A stretch of DNA of 64,000 nt from an uncultured Flavobacterium sp. (GCA_964398425.1 CAYNNB010000002.1:7511-71510); one strand, 5' to 3'. Counted from the first letter of the stretch, positions 39,976 through 49,242 are shown. A program made the numbers and translations. Notes: generated by a model from the letters alone, not told the origin.

Positions 39976-39983
39976 TACCTTTG
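39976..39983 (+). promoter_or_regulatory. -7 promoter element immediately before the 127-aa ORF
   Basis: TACCTTTG ends 4 nt before the GTG start, implying a near-leaderless transcript. Confidence 0.55.
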
Positions 39984-39987
39984 TATA

Positions 39988-40371
39988 GTGAAAAAGTATA
40001 TAACGCTAGCCTTTTTATGTGTGTATTTGTTTTCAATGACTGAAGTTCATCAGCTATTGAAGATGCCTTTATTGGTTGAGCATTACTTAGAACACAAACA
40101 AGAAAACAAACAATTGTCTTTGTTGAGTTTTTTTGAAATGCATTATTTGAATGGGCAACATCTTGATTCAGATCAAGATAAGGACATGCAGTTGCCATTT
40201 AAGAATTTTCAAGACAATCATCCTAATGTTGTTTTAGCTTTACCAGAATCGGTAGAATTTATCCCTCCGTATGTATTTCCTCAAGATGTTATGGTGCTCA
40301 ATTTTAATGAGCATCAAATATTTATTTCCAATTTTTTGACTTCTATTTGGCAACCGCCTAAAATAGCTTAA
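39988..40371 (+). CDS. Uncharacterised His-rich protein upstream of the metal efflux genes; candidate regulatory upstream ORF
   Basis: Hydrophobic N-terminus, then EHYLEH...MHY...QH and C-terminal IWQPPKIA; GTG start. Confidence 0.7.
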   Translation: MKKYITLAFLCVYLFSMTEVHQLLKMPLLVEHYLEHKQENKQLSLLSFFEMHYLNGQHLDSDQDKDMQLPFKNFQDNHPNVVLALPESVEFIPPYVFPQDVMVLNFNEHQIFISNFLTSIWQPPKIA

Positions 40372-40442
40372 TTAATGTTTTTATTTTCGTCCTTTTCAAG
40401 GATGAATGACTTTTTGTATTCATTAATTAAAGTTCTTTATTC

Positions 40443-43400
40443 ATGTTAAATAAAATTATTGAGTTTTCTGTAAAGAATAAACTCATTGTAGCCTTGTTCA
40501 CCCTTGTTTTAATAGGATTTGGTGTGTACAATGTGCAAAAATTACCCATAGATGCCGTTCCTGATATTACCAATAATCAGGTACAAGTTATTACGGTAGC
40601 GCCTTCGTTTGGAGCCACAGATATAGAGCGATTAGTTACTTTTCCTATCGAACAAGCCAATGCTAATATTGCTGGTTTAAAAGAGATAAGAAGTTTTTCT
40701 CGTTTTGGATTGTCTTTAGTAACTATAGTATTTGAAGACCAAGTAGATGTGTACTGGGCTCGTCAGCAGGTGGCAGAGCGATTACAACAAGTTCAAAGCC
40801 AATTACCTCAAGGGATGGGTACGCCAGCATTGGGGCCAATTTCTACTGGACTAGGTGAAATTTATCAATACGTAGTTCGTGCTAAAAAAGGGTATGAACA
40901 AAAGTATGATGAAACTGCATTACGTACAATACAAGATTGGGTTGTTAAGCGTCAATTAGCAGGTGTGAGAGGCGTTGCTGAAGTCAGTAGTTTTGGCGGA
41001 AAATTGCGTCAGGTTGAAATTAGTATTCAGCCCAATAAATTAAATGCTAATGGGATTACTATTACTGATGTCTTTGATGCCTTAGAAAAAAATAACCAAA
41101 ATACTGGAGGAGCTTATATTGAAAAAGAGGCTTCTGTTTTATTCATTCGCAGTGAAGGCTTGATTAAGAATTTGGAAGCGATTGAAAACACTCCAATAAC
41201 AACAAAAGGAGGTGTGCCTTTATATATCAAAGACGTTGCGGAAGTTAAAAATGGATTTGCCACCCGTTATGGTGCGATGTGTTATAATAATGAAGGAGAG
41301 GTAACAGGAGCAATTGTAATGATGTTAAAGGGTGCCAATAGTAGTGAAGTAATTAAAAATGTAAAAGAGCGTATTGAGCAGATTCAAAAAACTTTACCAG
41401 AAGGTGTGGTTATTGAGCCCTTTTTAGATCGAACCAAAATGGTAAATAATGCCATAGGAACTGTTGAGAAGAACTTAATTGAGGGAGCTTTAATTGTTAT
41501 TTTTGTTTTGGTTGTATTCTTAGGGAATTTAAGAGCAGGTTTATTAGTTGCTTCTGTTATTCCTTTGTCCATGTTGTTTGCGATAATAATGATGAATCTT
41601 TTTGGGGTGAGTGGTAACCTAATGAGTTTAGGAGCTCTAGATTTTGGATTAATTGTAGATGGAGCGGTTATTATTGTTGAAGCAGTGATTCATCAAATCT
41701 ATAATCGTCATCAAAAAGAAGAATCGATTCATTTGACTAAAGATGAGGTAAATAAAGAGGTAGAGTCTTCTGCAAAAAAAATGATGAATAGTGCAGTTTT
41801 TGGACAAATCATTATTTTAATAGTCTATCTGCCTATTTTCACTTTACAAGGAATTGAAGGTAAAATGTTTAAGCCAATGGCTCAAACGGTTGCTTTTGCC
41901 TTAGTGGGTGCTTTTATTTTATCTCTTACCTACATACCAATGATGAGTTCAATTGTGTTAAAAAACATAAAACACAATCCGCAACACTTTTCAGAGCGTA
42001 TGATGGCCTTTTTGGAGCGTATTTATATGATTCGTTTAATACAGGCTTTACACAATCAGAAAAAAATTATAATTGCAACTTTTGTAGCCTTTATTGTAGC
42101 CATAGTAGTCTTGTCTCAGTTAGGAGGCGAATTTATCCCTGCTTTAGAAGAAGGTGATTTTGCAGTTGAAACCCGTGTTTTAACAGGAAGCAATTTAAAT
42201 ACGACAATTTCGTCTACTCAAAAAGCTGCAGGTATACTTAAGGCAAAGTTTCCTGAAGTAGAAAAAGTAGTTACTAAAATAGGAAGTGGAGAAGTACCTA
42301 CAGACCCAATGCCTATGGAAGCTGCTGATATGATGGTGATTCTAAAAGACAAAAGTGAGTGGACTTCGGCATCAACTTTTAATGAGTTGTCAGATAAGAT
42401 GTCCGCTGCTCTACAAGATGTGCCTGGAATTACAGTTGGCTTTCAATATCCTGTTCAAATGCGTTTTAATGAGTTAATGACTGGAGCTCGTCAAGATGTA
42501 GTATGTAAAATTTATGGAGAAGATTTAGATACATTATCTAAATATGCTAATAAAGTCGGCAAGATCGTCAATTCTATTAAAGGAGCCAAGGATTTATATG
42601 TTGAACCTATAGGAGGTATGCCTCAAGTAGTAATCGAATACAAACGTAATCTTTTGGCACAGTACCAACTGAATGTTTCTGATGTGAATAAAGTAGTAAA
42701 TGCTTCATTTGCTGGACAAAGTGCTGGATTGTTGTTTGAAGGTGAGCGTCGTTTTGATGTTGTTGTTCGCGTGGATGCGAACCAAAAACAAAATCTACTC
42801 GATATACAGAATTTATTGATACCAACACCTAAAGGGACACAGGTGCCATTGCAAGTACTAGCCGATGTAAACATAATTAATGGACCTAATCAAATCCAAC
42901 GTGAGGATACCAAAAGAAGAATTGTAGTTGGTTTCAATGTACATGATTCGGATGTTCAAACGCTAGTAAATGAAATGAAACAAAAAGTGGAAACTCAAAT
43001 TAAATTTCCTAGCGGCTATTACATTACTTATGGGGGAAGTTTTGAAAATTTAAATGCGGCCAAAGATCGTTTGATGATTGCTGTTCCAGTTTCATTACTT
43101 TTGATTTTCTTGTTGCTTTATTTCGCATTTAAGTCGATCAAACAAGCTCTGTTGATTTATACCGCAATTCCACTTTCTACTATTGGAGGGATTTTATTTT
43201 TAGCTCTTAGAGGCATGCCTTTTAGTATTAGTGCAGGCGTTGGGTTCATCGCTCTATTTGGAGTAGCTGTTTTGAACGGGATTGTATTGATTGCTGAGTT
43301 TAATGCGCAAAGGAAGCATGGTATTTCCGATTTGACCGAGATTATATTAACAGGTACTAAAAACCGTCTCCGACCTATATTAATGACTGCTTTTGTAGCC

Positions 43401-44774
43401 TCTTTGGGTTTTTTGCCTATGGCTATTAGCAACGGTTCTGGGGCAGAAGTACAGCGACCATTAGCTACAGTAGTTATTGGTGGGTTATTAATTGCAACTT
43501 TTTTAACGTTATTTCTTTTACCCATTTTATATATGATATTTGAAAAAAAATCTATCCGTGTTTTATCTAAAAATAGAGTTGTGGCTTTGTTTTTACTATT
43601 TAGCTTTATGGGTATGGCTCAGCAAAAAATGCCTTTAGATAAGGTTATTGAACAAGGATTGAATGCTAATTTAATTCTTAAAAATGACAAACAACGAGTG
43701 GCTGTTGCCCAAGTTATGGTTAAATCAGCTCAAGAAATACCAGCATTTAATTTAGTGGGTGAGTATGGACAATTGAATAGTGCTTTTAATGATAATCGTG
43801 TTGGGATAACACAAAATATTAGTTTCCCTTTTTTAAATGCTAAAAAGAAAAATTGGTACCAAGTGCAAACAGAGTTGGCACAATTGAATTATCAATCTTC
43901 AGAACAAACCATAAAAAAAGCTATTACTCAAACTTTTTATGATTTAATTTATGCTGTGGAACGCGAAAAAGTTTTGCAACAATCGGATTCCATTTATACC
44001 CAGTTTTTAGAAAAAGCTAAATTACGATTACAAGCAGGTGAAACGAACCATTTAGAAAAAAATGGGGCAGAATTAGCCTTAGCTTCTATTAAAGCTGATT
44101 TTAAAAAGAATCAAGAGATGATTTACCAACTTCAATTGCAAATGCAATATTTGTTATCTACCACTGATTGGGTAATGCCTGCTTATACAGATTTGAAAAT
44201 CGAGGGACAAATTGCTGCTGATTTTGAAACTAATCATTTGCGTTTACAACTCATTGAAAAAGAGAAAAGAGCTAATGAAGCGGCGATACAAGTTGAAAAA
44301 GCAGCGTTGTTTCCAGAAATTACCTTAGGTTATTACAGTATGACGATGCAAGGAATGGGGGCAGATGATGTGCAATATGGAAGTGGAGTACGATTTCAGT
44401 CATTTCAATTGAATTTAGGTATTCCTGTTTTTAATGGGGCCAATAGGGCTCGAAGAGCTGCATATAAAATTAATGGGACCATTTTAGCTAATCAATCTGA
44501 ATTACAGAAAAAAGAACTAGAACAAGCTAAGTTGGCTTTTCAAAATAAACATCAAAATGACGTATTGGTTCTAAAAAATTATGAAAGTCAAGTGCTTCCA
44601 GGGGCAAAATCAATGATTAAAACAGCTGATAAACAACTTTTTAAAGGTGAAATTAACTTTATGGAATGGTCGTGGATTATGCAGCAAGCATTAGCCTCAA
44701 GATTAGATTATTTAGAAAAAGTGAAGTCTTATAATGACGCTTTAATTCAGGTATTGTATCCAACTATAAATTAA
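40443..44774 (+). CDS. CzcA/CusA-family heavy-metal RND transporter fused to a C-terminal TolC-like outer-membrane factor
   Basis: LPIDAVPDITNNQVQV, GALDFGLIVDGAVIIVE, RLRPILMT and QRPLATVVIGG in the first ~1030 aa, then ~400 aa of OMF-like helical repeats. Confidence 0.9.
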   Translation: MLNKIIEFSVKNKLIVALFTLVLIGFGVYNVQKLPIDAVPDITNNQVQVITVAPSFGATDIERLVTFPIEQANANIAGLKEIRSFSRFGLSLVTIVFEDQVDVYWARQQVAERLQQVQSQLPQGMGTPALGPISTGLGEIYQYVVRAKKGYEQKYDETALRTIQDWVVKRQLAGVRGVAEVSSFGGKLRQVEISIQPNKLNANGITITDVFDALEKNNQNTGGAYIEKEASVLFIRSEGLIKNLEAIENTPITTKGGVPLYIKDVAEVKNGFATRYGAMCYNNEGEVTGAIVMMLKGANSSEVIKNVKERIEQIQKTLPEGVVIEPFLDRTKMVNNAIGTVEKNLIEGALIVIFVLVVFLGNLRAGLLVASVIPLSMLFAIIMMNLFGVSGNLMSLGALDFGLIVDGAVIIVEAVIHQIYNRHQKEESIHLTKDEVNKEVESSAKKMMNSAVFGQIIILIVYLPIFTLQGIEGKMFKPMAQTVAFALVGAFILSLTYIPMMSSIVLKNIKHNPQHFSERMMAFLERIYMIRLIQALHNQKKIIIATFVAFIVAIVVLSQLGGEFIPALEEGDFAVETRVLTGSNLNTTISSTQKAAGILKAKFPEVEKVVTKIGSGEVPTDPMPMEAADMMVILKDKSEWTSASTFNELSDKMSAALQDVPGITVGFQYPVQMRFNELMTGARQDVVCKIYGEDLDTLSKYANKVGKIVNSIKGAKDLYVEPIGGMPQVVIEYKRNLLAQYQLNVSDVNKVVNASFAGQSAGLLFEGERRFDVVVRVDANQKQNLLDIQNLLIPTPKGTQVPLQVLADVNIINGPNQIQREDTKRRIVVGFNVHDSDVQTLVNEMKQKVETQIKFPSGYYITYGGSFENLNAAKDRLMIAVPVSLLLIFLLLYFAFKSIKQALLIYTAIPLSTIGGILFLALRGMPFSISAGVGFIALFGVAVLNGIVLIAEFNAQRKHGISDLTEIILTGTKNRLRPILMTAFVASLGFLPMAISNGSGAEVQRPLATVVIGGLLIATFLTLFLLPILYMIFEKKSIRVLSKNRVVALFLLFSFMGMAQQKMPLDKVIEQGLNANLILKNDKQRVAVAQVMVKSAQEIPAFNLVGEYGQLNSAFNDNRVGITQNISFPFLNAKKKNWYQVQTELAQLNYQSSEQTIKKAITQTFYDLIYAVEREKVLQQSDSIYTQFLEKAKLRLQAGETNHLEKNGAELALASIKADFKKNQEMIYQLQLQMQYLLSTTDWVMPAYTDLKIEGQIAADFETNHLRLQLIEKEKRANEAAIQVEKAALFPEITLGYYSMTMQGMGADDVQYGSGVRFQSFQLNLGIPVFNGANRARRAAYKINGTILANQSELQKKELEQAKLAFQNKHQNDVLVLKNYESQVLPGAKSMIKTADKQLFKGEINFMEWSWIMQQALASRLDYLEKVKSYNDALIQVLYPTIN

Positions 44775-44780
44775 AAAATA

Positions 44781-45905
44781 ATGAAAAATATATATGTTTT
44801 AGCACTTGTGCTTTTGTTTTTAGGTTGTCAGTCCAAAATAGAACCACAAACCGCAGGTAAGCAAACGGATGAGAATCAAGTTACATTAACGAGTCAGCAA
44901 TTAAAAAATGCTGATTTATCATTAGGAAATATTGAAGAACAAGCCCTTCAAAGTACTGTTAAAGTAAATGGAAAAATAACTTTATCTCCTGAGTCAGTAG
45001 CGAGTGTAAGTATGCCATTAGGAGGCTATGTGCAAGCAATTAAGGTAATGCCTGGGATGAAAGTTCAAAAAGGACAGGTATTGGCTGTTGTTGAAGATCA
45101 AGCTTTTGTTCAATTGCAACAAGATTATTTGACAACTAAACAACAATTGACTTTCGCAACCAAAGATTATCAACGTCAAAAAGAACTCAATGCTTCACAA
45201 GCGAGTAGTGATAAAAGTTATCAATTAGCAGAGAGTGAATGGGCGAAATATAAAATCACACTCAAGGCTTTAGATGAAAAATTACGTTTAATACATATTA
45301 ATCCAGCAACATTAACAGAAAATAGCATTTCTAAATCGGTTCGTATTTTGGCTCCCATTTCTGGTATGGTTACCCAAGTTAATATAAATATAGGTAAATA
45401 TATAACAGCGACTGATGCATTATTTCAATTAATGGATAACACTAGTATGTATGCACAATTACAAGTATTTGATAAAGATGCTGCCCTTTTGCAAATAGGT
45501 CAGCCAGTAACGGTTTTCACTAATGCTCAACCTAATGTGAAGTATACTACAGCAGTTGCTTTTGTAAATAAAAATTTTGAAGCCCAATCAAATGCGATTG
45601 AAGTCTATGCAAAAATTAATAATCGTACTAACACATTGATTCCAGGAAATTATGTTAATGGCGTAATTGAGTTAAATAACGCTCATGCTTTTGTAGTGCC
45701 AAATGATGCGGTTGTTCATTTTGAAGGTAAGAATTATGTTTTTATTCAAACAGAACCTTTAGTATTTGAAATGGTTGCAGTTCAAACAGGAATTGTTACA
45801 AAAGAGGTGATTGAAATCAGGAATTATGAAGCTCTAATAGGGAAAAAAATAGTTATCAAAAATGCCTATACAGTTTTAATGGCTTTGAAAAATAAAGAAG
45901 AATAA
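44781..45905 (+). CDS. RND periplasmic adaptor subunit (CzcB/CusB-like), lipoprotein
   Basis: Lipobox LFLGC, lipoyl-like hairpin (GMKVQKGQVL ... APISGMV) and C-terminal AVVHFEGK. Confidence 0.9.
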   Translation: MKNIYVLALVLLFLGCQSKIEPQTAGKQTDENQVTLTSQQLKNADLSLGNIEEQALQSTVKVNGKITLSPESVASVSMPLGGYVQAIKVMPGMKVQKGQVLAVVEDQAFVQLQQDYLTTKQQLTFATKDYQRQKELNASQASSDKSYQLAESEWAKYKITLKALDEKLRLIHINPATLTENSISKSVRILAPISGMVTQVNINIGKYITATDALFQLMDNTSMYAQLQVFDKDAALLQIGQPVTVFTNAQPNVKYTTAVAFVNKNFEAQSNAIEVYAKINNRTNTLIPGNYVNGVIELNNAHAFVVPNDAVVHFEGKNYVFIQTEPLVFEMVAVQTGIVTKEVIEIRNYEALIGKKIVIKNAYTVLMALKNKEE

Positions 45906-45921
45906 AGGAAAGATTTTTTAC

Positions 45922-45955
45922 ACTGCCCAAAAGTAAATACTATTTTTTGGGCAGT
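45922..45955. terminator. Inverted repeat between convergent genes (probable bidirectional terminator, IS-end-like arms)
   Basis: ACTGCCCAAAA (45922-45932) ... TTTTGGGCAGT (45945-45955). Confidence 0.6.
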
Positions 45956-45973
45956 CTATTTAAAAACCCTTTT

Positions 45974-48010
45974 TTAAATTTTGTAGCGTATTCCAAAGAA
46001 TCCTCTTCTACCTTGATTAGGAGCATAGACGTAACTAGGGTCAAACGTTAAGGCATAAGGATTGTTAGGTGTGGCTAGTACATTTCCATTAGTGTCGTAT
46101 TGTATATTTTGATCAAACGGATCATTAGCTCGTGCAATAAGAAAAGGGGTGTTTTTATTTGGTGTCCAATTCAGAATGTTTTTTATGCCACCATAGATTT
46201 CAAATCCCCCCCATTTTTTATAGTTCAATTGAATGTTTTGGATACTCCACCAAGGAGAATTTGGGCTTCTTGGGTCTAGTTGGCCTAGAAGCGGCAAACG
46301 CATAGGACTGTAAGCATTGCCAGTATAATCCAAACTGATATACCAAGAAGGAATATCATAACTCAATGTCCAATTAGCACTCCATTTTTCGGTAAGAATA
46401 GGTCGTGTTTTGATGTTATTTTCTACTTTATAGTTCTCCATATAAGTGGCGCCAACTATTGCTTTTAATCCGAAGCTAGATACGTAATCTAAATTTAAAT
46501 TGACACCCTTAGTTGTGGCATAGCCTTTTAGATTTTGGTATATAATAGCATTTGGGTTAGTGTCATAATTTGGTTGTATTTGATTGTAAAAGTACGTGTA
46601 CCAAACGGATGTTTCAAGAGTAAGTAAGGAATAATCTTTGAATCGAATTTTTCTTGTATAGTTTGTATTAGCATTAATTGATTGTTCTGGTTTAAGATTT
46701 TCATTAATGATTACTTCTCTTGAACCAGTTAAAGCAGCATGCTCTTCAGTAAATAAATTCACAACACGAAAACCAGTCCCTGAATTAAATCGGATACTGT
46801 TCTTTTCGTTCCATTTAAAGCGATAAGCCATTCTTGGGGTTTGGATCCAGCCGTGATTGTTATTATAGTCTAAGCGATAGGCAAGCATTAACTTATGTTT
46901 GGGATTCAATACTATTTCGTTTTGAATAAAAATACTTCCTATTTGTAGGTGTTCAGCATTATTTGTAGCGGATGTGTTATCGTTGTAATATTGGTATCGA
47001 TGGGCAAGTCCAATTAATAGGTCTTGATTTAAAAATGTCTTGTTCCAAGTTAATTGATTGAAACTAATTTGTTGATTGGCCAAATAAAAGACATGACCAT
47101 AAACTGAATTCTGTTCGTGATTAGTAAATGAGAACGAAAAATTTATGTTCTCTTTAAAAGGTAAACCATATTTTGCGATAATTTCTTGTCTCTTAGTATA
47201 AATACTTTCTCCATAAATTGCTGTGCCTCCTCTATAAGATTTGTTCCATTGCATTTGCCCGCCCCATCGGTCTTCATAAAAAAATCGCCCTGCCAGTGTT
47301 AGCGTTTTGTTACTTTTTCTAATGACATTCCATTTATTAAAAATAGAGATGCGTTCTTGTAAAGTTACATCGGTAAATCCGTCATGATTATTATCTATGG
47401 GAGAATTATAGTTGAAATAATTTAGCCCAAGTAAGGATTGCGTTTTTTTACCAATTTGGAATTTATATCCTAAATCTAAGTTGTTTTCTAACCAAGAAGT
47501 AGTGAAGAAATCAACTGATATAAGAGGAGCGTTTTGGGGTGATTTGGTAATGATGTTTATCAGTCCCCCAACAGCTTCACTGCCATACAATGTAGAAGCA
47601 GGTCCTTTTATTATTTCAATTCGATCGATAAGTGCATTGGGAATTCCAGACAAACCATATACAGTTGACAGTGCACTAACAATGGGCATTCCGTCGATTG
47701 TAACCATGGTATAAGGTCCTTCCAAACCATTGATATGAATGTCACCCGTATTGCAAATGTTGCAATTGAGCTGTGGACGAACCCCATTTATGCTTTGTAG
47801 TGCTTCAAATAAATTAGAAGTAGGATTCTTTCTTAAGAAGGTAGCTGTATAAATTTCAACTGGGACAAGAGTTTCGCTTCTTAATACAGGCTTTAATGTA
47901 CCAGAAACCACAATTTCATCTATTCCTTTTTCATTGTTGGTGATACTGTCTTTTTTTTGTGACCAAGTATAATTTGTAATCAGAATTAGAAATATATATT
48001 TTTTTATCAT
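45974..48010 (-). CDS. TonB-dependent receptor, probably for a metal
   Basis: TonB-box-like EIVVSGT, plug with RIEIIKGPASTLYGSEAVGGLINIIT and NCNICNTG; barrel ending RRGFFGIRYKI. Confidence 0.88.
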   Translation of the reverse strand: MIKKYIFLILITNYTWSQKKDSITNNEKGIDEIVVSGTLKPVLRSETLVPVEIYTATFLRKNPTSNLFEALQSINGVRPQLNCNICNTGDIHINGLEGPYTMVTIDGMPIVSALSTVYGLSGIPNALIDRIEIIKGPASTLYGSEAVGGLINIITKSPQNAPLISVDFFTTSWLENNLDLGYKFQIGKKTQSLLGLNYFNYNSPIDNNHDGFTDVTLQERISIFNKWNVIRKSNKTLTLAGRFFYEDRWGGQMQWNKSYRGGTAIYGESIYTKRQEIIAKYGLPFKENINFSFSFTNHEQNSVYGHVFYLANQQISFNQLTWNKTFLNQDLLIGLAHRYQYYNDNTSATNNAEHLQIGSIFIQNEIVLNPKHKLMLAYRLDYNNNHGWIQTPRMAYRFKWNEKNSIRFNSGTGFRVVNLFTEEHAALTGSREVIINENLKPEQSINANTNYTRKIRFKDYSLLTLETSVWYTYFYNQIQPNYDTNPNAIIYQNLKGYATTKGVNLNLDYVSSFGLKAIVGATYMENYKVENNIKTRPILTEKWSANWTLSYDIPSWYISLDYTGNAYSPMRLPLLGQLDPRSPNSPWWSIQNIQLNYKKWGGFEIYGGIKNILNWTPNKNTPFLIARANDPFDQNIQYDTNGNVLATPNNPYALTFDPSYVYAPNQGRRGFFGIRYKI

Positions 48011-48018
48011 AAAAAATT

Positions 48019-48040
48019 AAATTTAGACAAAACTAAAAAT
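48019..48040. promoter_or_regulatory. Candidate DtxR/MntR operator overlapping the TonB receptor promoter
   Basis: AAATTTAG-ACAAAA-CTAAAAAT; on the minus strand it contains TAGTTTTG, a -7 element. Confidence 0.6.
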
Positions 48041-48117
48041 AATTTTCAACAAAAAATAATTCTAATCTGATATTTATATTATAATGACATTATGTTGATT
48101 TTGTTAAAAGTTCAAAA

Positions 48118-48726
48118 TTACTTGATATGATCGGTAAAACAACGCTTATTGAAAACAATTAAAATTCCAAATCCAGTAGAAATAGCAACATCTGCAACAT
48201 TGAAAATAGCATTAAAAAAAGTAAATCCTCCTGAATAATCTTTAAATGGAAACCAAGAAGGAACTTGTTCAAAACGATAAATAGGAAAATAAAACATATC
48301 CACGACACGTCCATGAAATAATGTTCCGTAAGGTTCATTAGAAAAGAGAGTAGCTACTTGTCCATAACTATCGTTGAATAATATTCCATAAAAAACAGAA
48401 TCTATTATGTTACCAATTGCACCTGCCATTATTAAAATAATAGCTACCAATAGGTATTTTGAAACATTTTTTTGGATAGAATCCCATAACCACCAAGCTA
48501 ATCCACCGACTGCTATAATTCTAAATAGTGTTAAGGCTAGTTTCCCATAATCGCCTGGTAGCTCTAAACCCCAAGCCATTCCTTCGTTTTCAATAAATTG
48601 TATTTTAAACCAGTTAAAAACGGTAACGCTTTCTCCAATTGTAAAATTAGTTTTAACATATACCTTACTGATTTGATCTATCAGAAGTAAAATAAAAACA
48701 TATAAGTAGGCTTTCTTAACGCTCAT
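48118..48726 (-). CDS. lspA: Lipoprotein signal peptidase
   Basis: IDQISK, ENEGMAWG, GAIGNIIDS, VVDMF and FNVADVAI motifs. Confidence 0.93.
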   Translation of the reverse strand: MSVKKAYLYVFILLLIDQISKVYVKTNFTIGESVTVFNWFKIQFIENEGMAWGLELPGDYGKLALTLFRIIAVGGLAWWLWDSIQKNVSKYLLVAIILIMAGAIGNIIDSVFYGILFNDSYGQVATLFSNEPYGTLFHGRVVDMFYFPIYRFEQVPSWFPFKDYSGGFTFFNAIFNVADVAISTGFGILIVFNKRCFTDHIK

Positions 48727-48797
48727 AATCTAATTTTTATGCAAAAATAGATTTTAATTTAAATTGTTCTTTGTTTTTTATCAATTTTATAACAGAA

Positions 48798-48825
48798 TAA
48801 AAAAACTACGCTTATGGCGTAGTTT
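48798..48825 (-). terminator. Intrinsic terminator after the MORN-repeat gene
   Basis: AAACTACGC-ttatg-GCGTAGTTT with an A-run on the left (U-tail on the minus strand). Confidence 0.75.
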
Positions 48826-48849
48826 GATGTCTTGTAATTAAAGGTTGAA

Positions 48850-49203
48850 TTATTTTACAGCTAAATGATTAGTGTAGAATTTTTTAATTTCAGCTATAGA
48901 ATTTGTGTTATAAGAAACACTACTTACTTCTTCTCCTTTGTAAAAATTCCATAAACCTTCTTTCTTACCGTCTTTGAAACTTCCTTCAGCAATTAAGTTT
49001 CCATTTTCATCATAAGATTTCCATAGCCCATTACTTTTACCATCAATATAGTTTCCTTCATGCATAACTTTACCGTTATTGTGATAATATTTTACTTTAT
49101 AAGTATCGGGAGCTATTTCTTCAGCTGTGGGTTTTATTTCTTGTGAAAATCCAAACGAAATAAATAATAAACCGCAAATTGTCATTAAAACTTTCATAAT
49201 CAT
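48850..49203 (-). CDS. Small exported MORN-variant-repeat (YwqK-like) protein
   Basis: Signal peptide; YYHNNGKVMHEGNYIDGKSNGLWKSYDENG and EGSFKDGKKEGLW repeats. Confidence 0.78.
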   Translation of the reverse strand: MIMKVLMTICGLLFISFGFSQEIKPTAEEIAPDTYKVKYYHNNGKVMHEGNYIDGKSNGLWKSYDENGNLIAEGSFKDGKKEGLWNFYKGEEVSSVSYNTNSIAEIKKFYTNHLAVK

Positions 49204-49242
49204 ATAGTTTTATAGTTTGATAATTCAAATCTAGGAAATAAA

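Noticed and set aside
48850-49203. Toxin-antitoxin (YwqK antitoxin) interpretation
   Set aside because: Based only on MORN-variant repeats; the protein has a signal peptide and no adjacent toxin gene.
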